Part shown: one piece after another, positions 54,362 through 54,489 of the stretch
Position numbering within the stretch: position 1 is the stretch's first letter
Layout of the letters: each line of letters begins with the position of its first letter
DNA from: a bacterium
GTDB taxonomy: Bacteria; Cyanobacteriota; Vampirovibrionia; LMEP-6097
DNA length: 54,489 nt
Direction of reading: 5' to 3'
Assembly: GCA_046080385.1 (NCBI GenBank)
Contig: JBJTTW010000267.1
Location: 1 to 54,489, forward strand
Made by a program: the position numbers and the translations under genes
Notes under the pieces: model-generated
What the model was told of the DNA's origin: nothing
Database searches by the model: none
Seen by the model: the letters and a program-made list of their open reading frames with translations, nothing else

Positions 54362-54487
54362 TTAAGCTGCCCCTAATTTAATTTTATTTAGAGTAAGGGG
54401 TTTGAAGTAATTAACGGAGACATAGAGGAAGCGATCTAAAATTGCTCTTAGATCAAACCTTCTATTGAAGCGATATTGAAATTCAGC
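54362..54487 (-). mobile_element. 3' end of an IS1595-family-like transposase ORF (partial, runs off the right edge)
   Basis: The minus-strand translation AEFQYRFNRRFDLRAILDRFLYVSVNYFKPLTLNKIKLGAA* carries the ..EF.(F/Y)RFNRR.. C-terminal signature of IS1595/ISXO2-like transposases, judged from memory. Confidence 0.5.
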
Positions 54488-54489
54488 AA

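Overview
This is an AT-rich bacterial chromosomal window, and most of it is housekeeping. Recognisable genes are hisZ-hisG, two SPFH/prohibitin-like genes, gap, miaA, a 7TMR-HD protein, cysD, a ycf23/DUF561-like gene, lptF/G-like, dnaG, rpmI-rplT, birA, tRNA-Pro(UGG), pmbA-tldD, putA, rplY, rluD, rpmE, an Amidase_3 amidase, nadB-gltX-asd-dapA-rnj, fbaA, bioB, minCDE, an AI-2E permease, a rhodanese and maf. The gene content (short HisG plus HisZ, RNase J, ycf23-like, MinCDE, LptF/G) suggests a Gram-negative, cyanobacteria-related or other deep-branching lineage. That placement is inference only. Both window edges end in IS fragments: an ISAs1-like transposase 3' end at 1..120 and an IS1595-like 3' end at 54362..54487. 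The left edge holds a decayed type I R-M remnant (half hsdS, a rhuM-Fic/Doc fusion, a DinD/Bro-N-like gene). Two more Fic genes lie within the first 16 kb.

The strongest non-standard signal is a dispersed ~121-bp palindromic-ended element that I call R1. It occurs at at least 11 loci, about 14 units in total. Its core is conserved and purine-rich, and it has a small central hairpin. Its terminal arms differ between copies but stay complementary within each copy. Several copies have 5-bp flanking duplications. Three copies lie inside CDSs in a single shared reading frame. Several others start 0-8 nt after a stop codon. One locus between rnj and fbaA is a 3.3-unit head-to-tail array.

The only clearly accessory stretch is about 43.3-47.9 kb. 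It contains tandem cassettes of small membrane-protein genes behind a repeated ~40-bp motif (R3). A second ~106-bp repeat family (R2) has two near-identical inverted copies bracketing 2.3 kb. Inside that bracket are an unlisted 44-codon Pro/Thr/Ala-rich peptide gene with a textbook promoter, SD and terminator, a nuclease gene fragment, and a SPASM-less radical SAM gene. A peptide-modification or bacteriocin-type role for this island is possible, but the sequence alone does not demonstrate it. I could not establish a complete novel multi-gene system.
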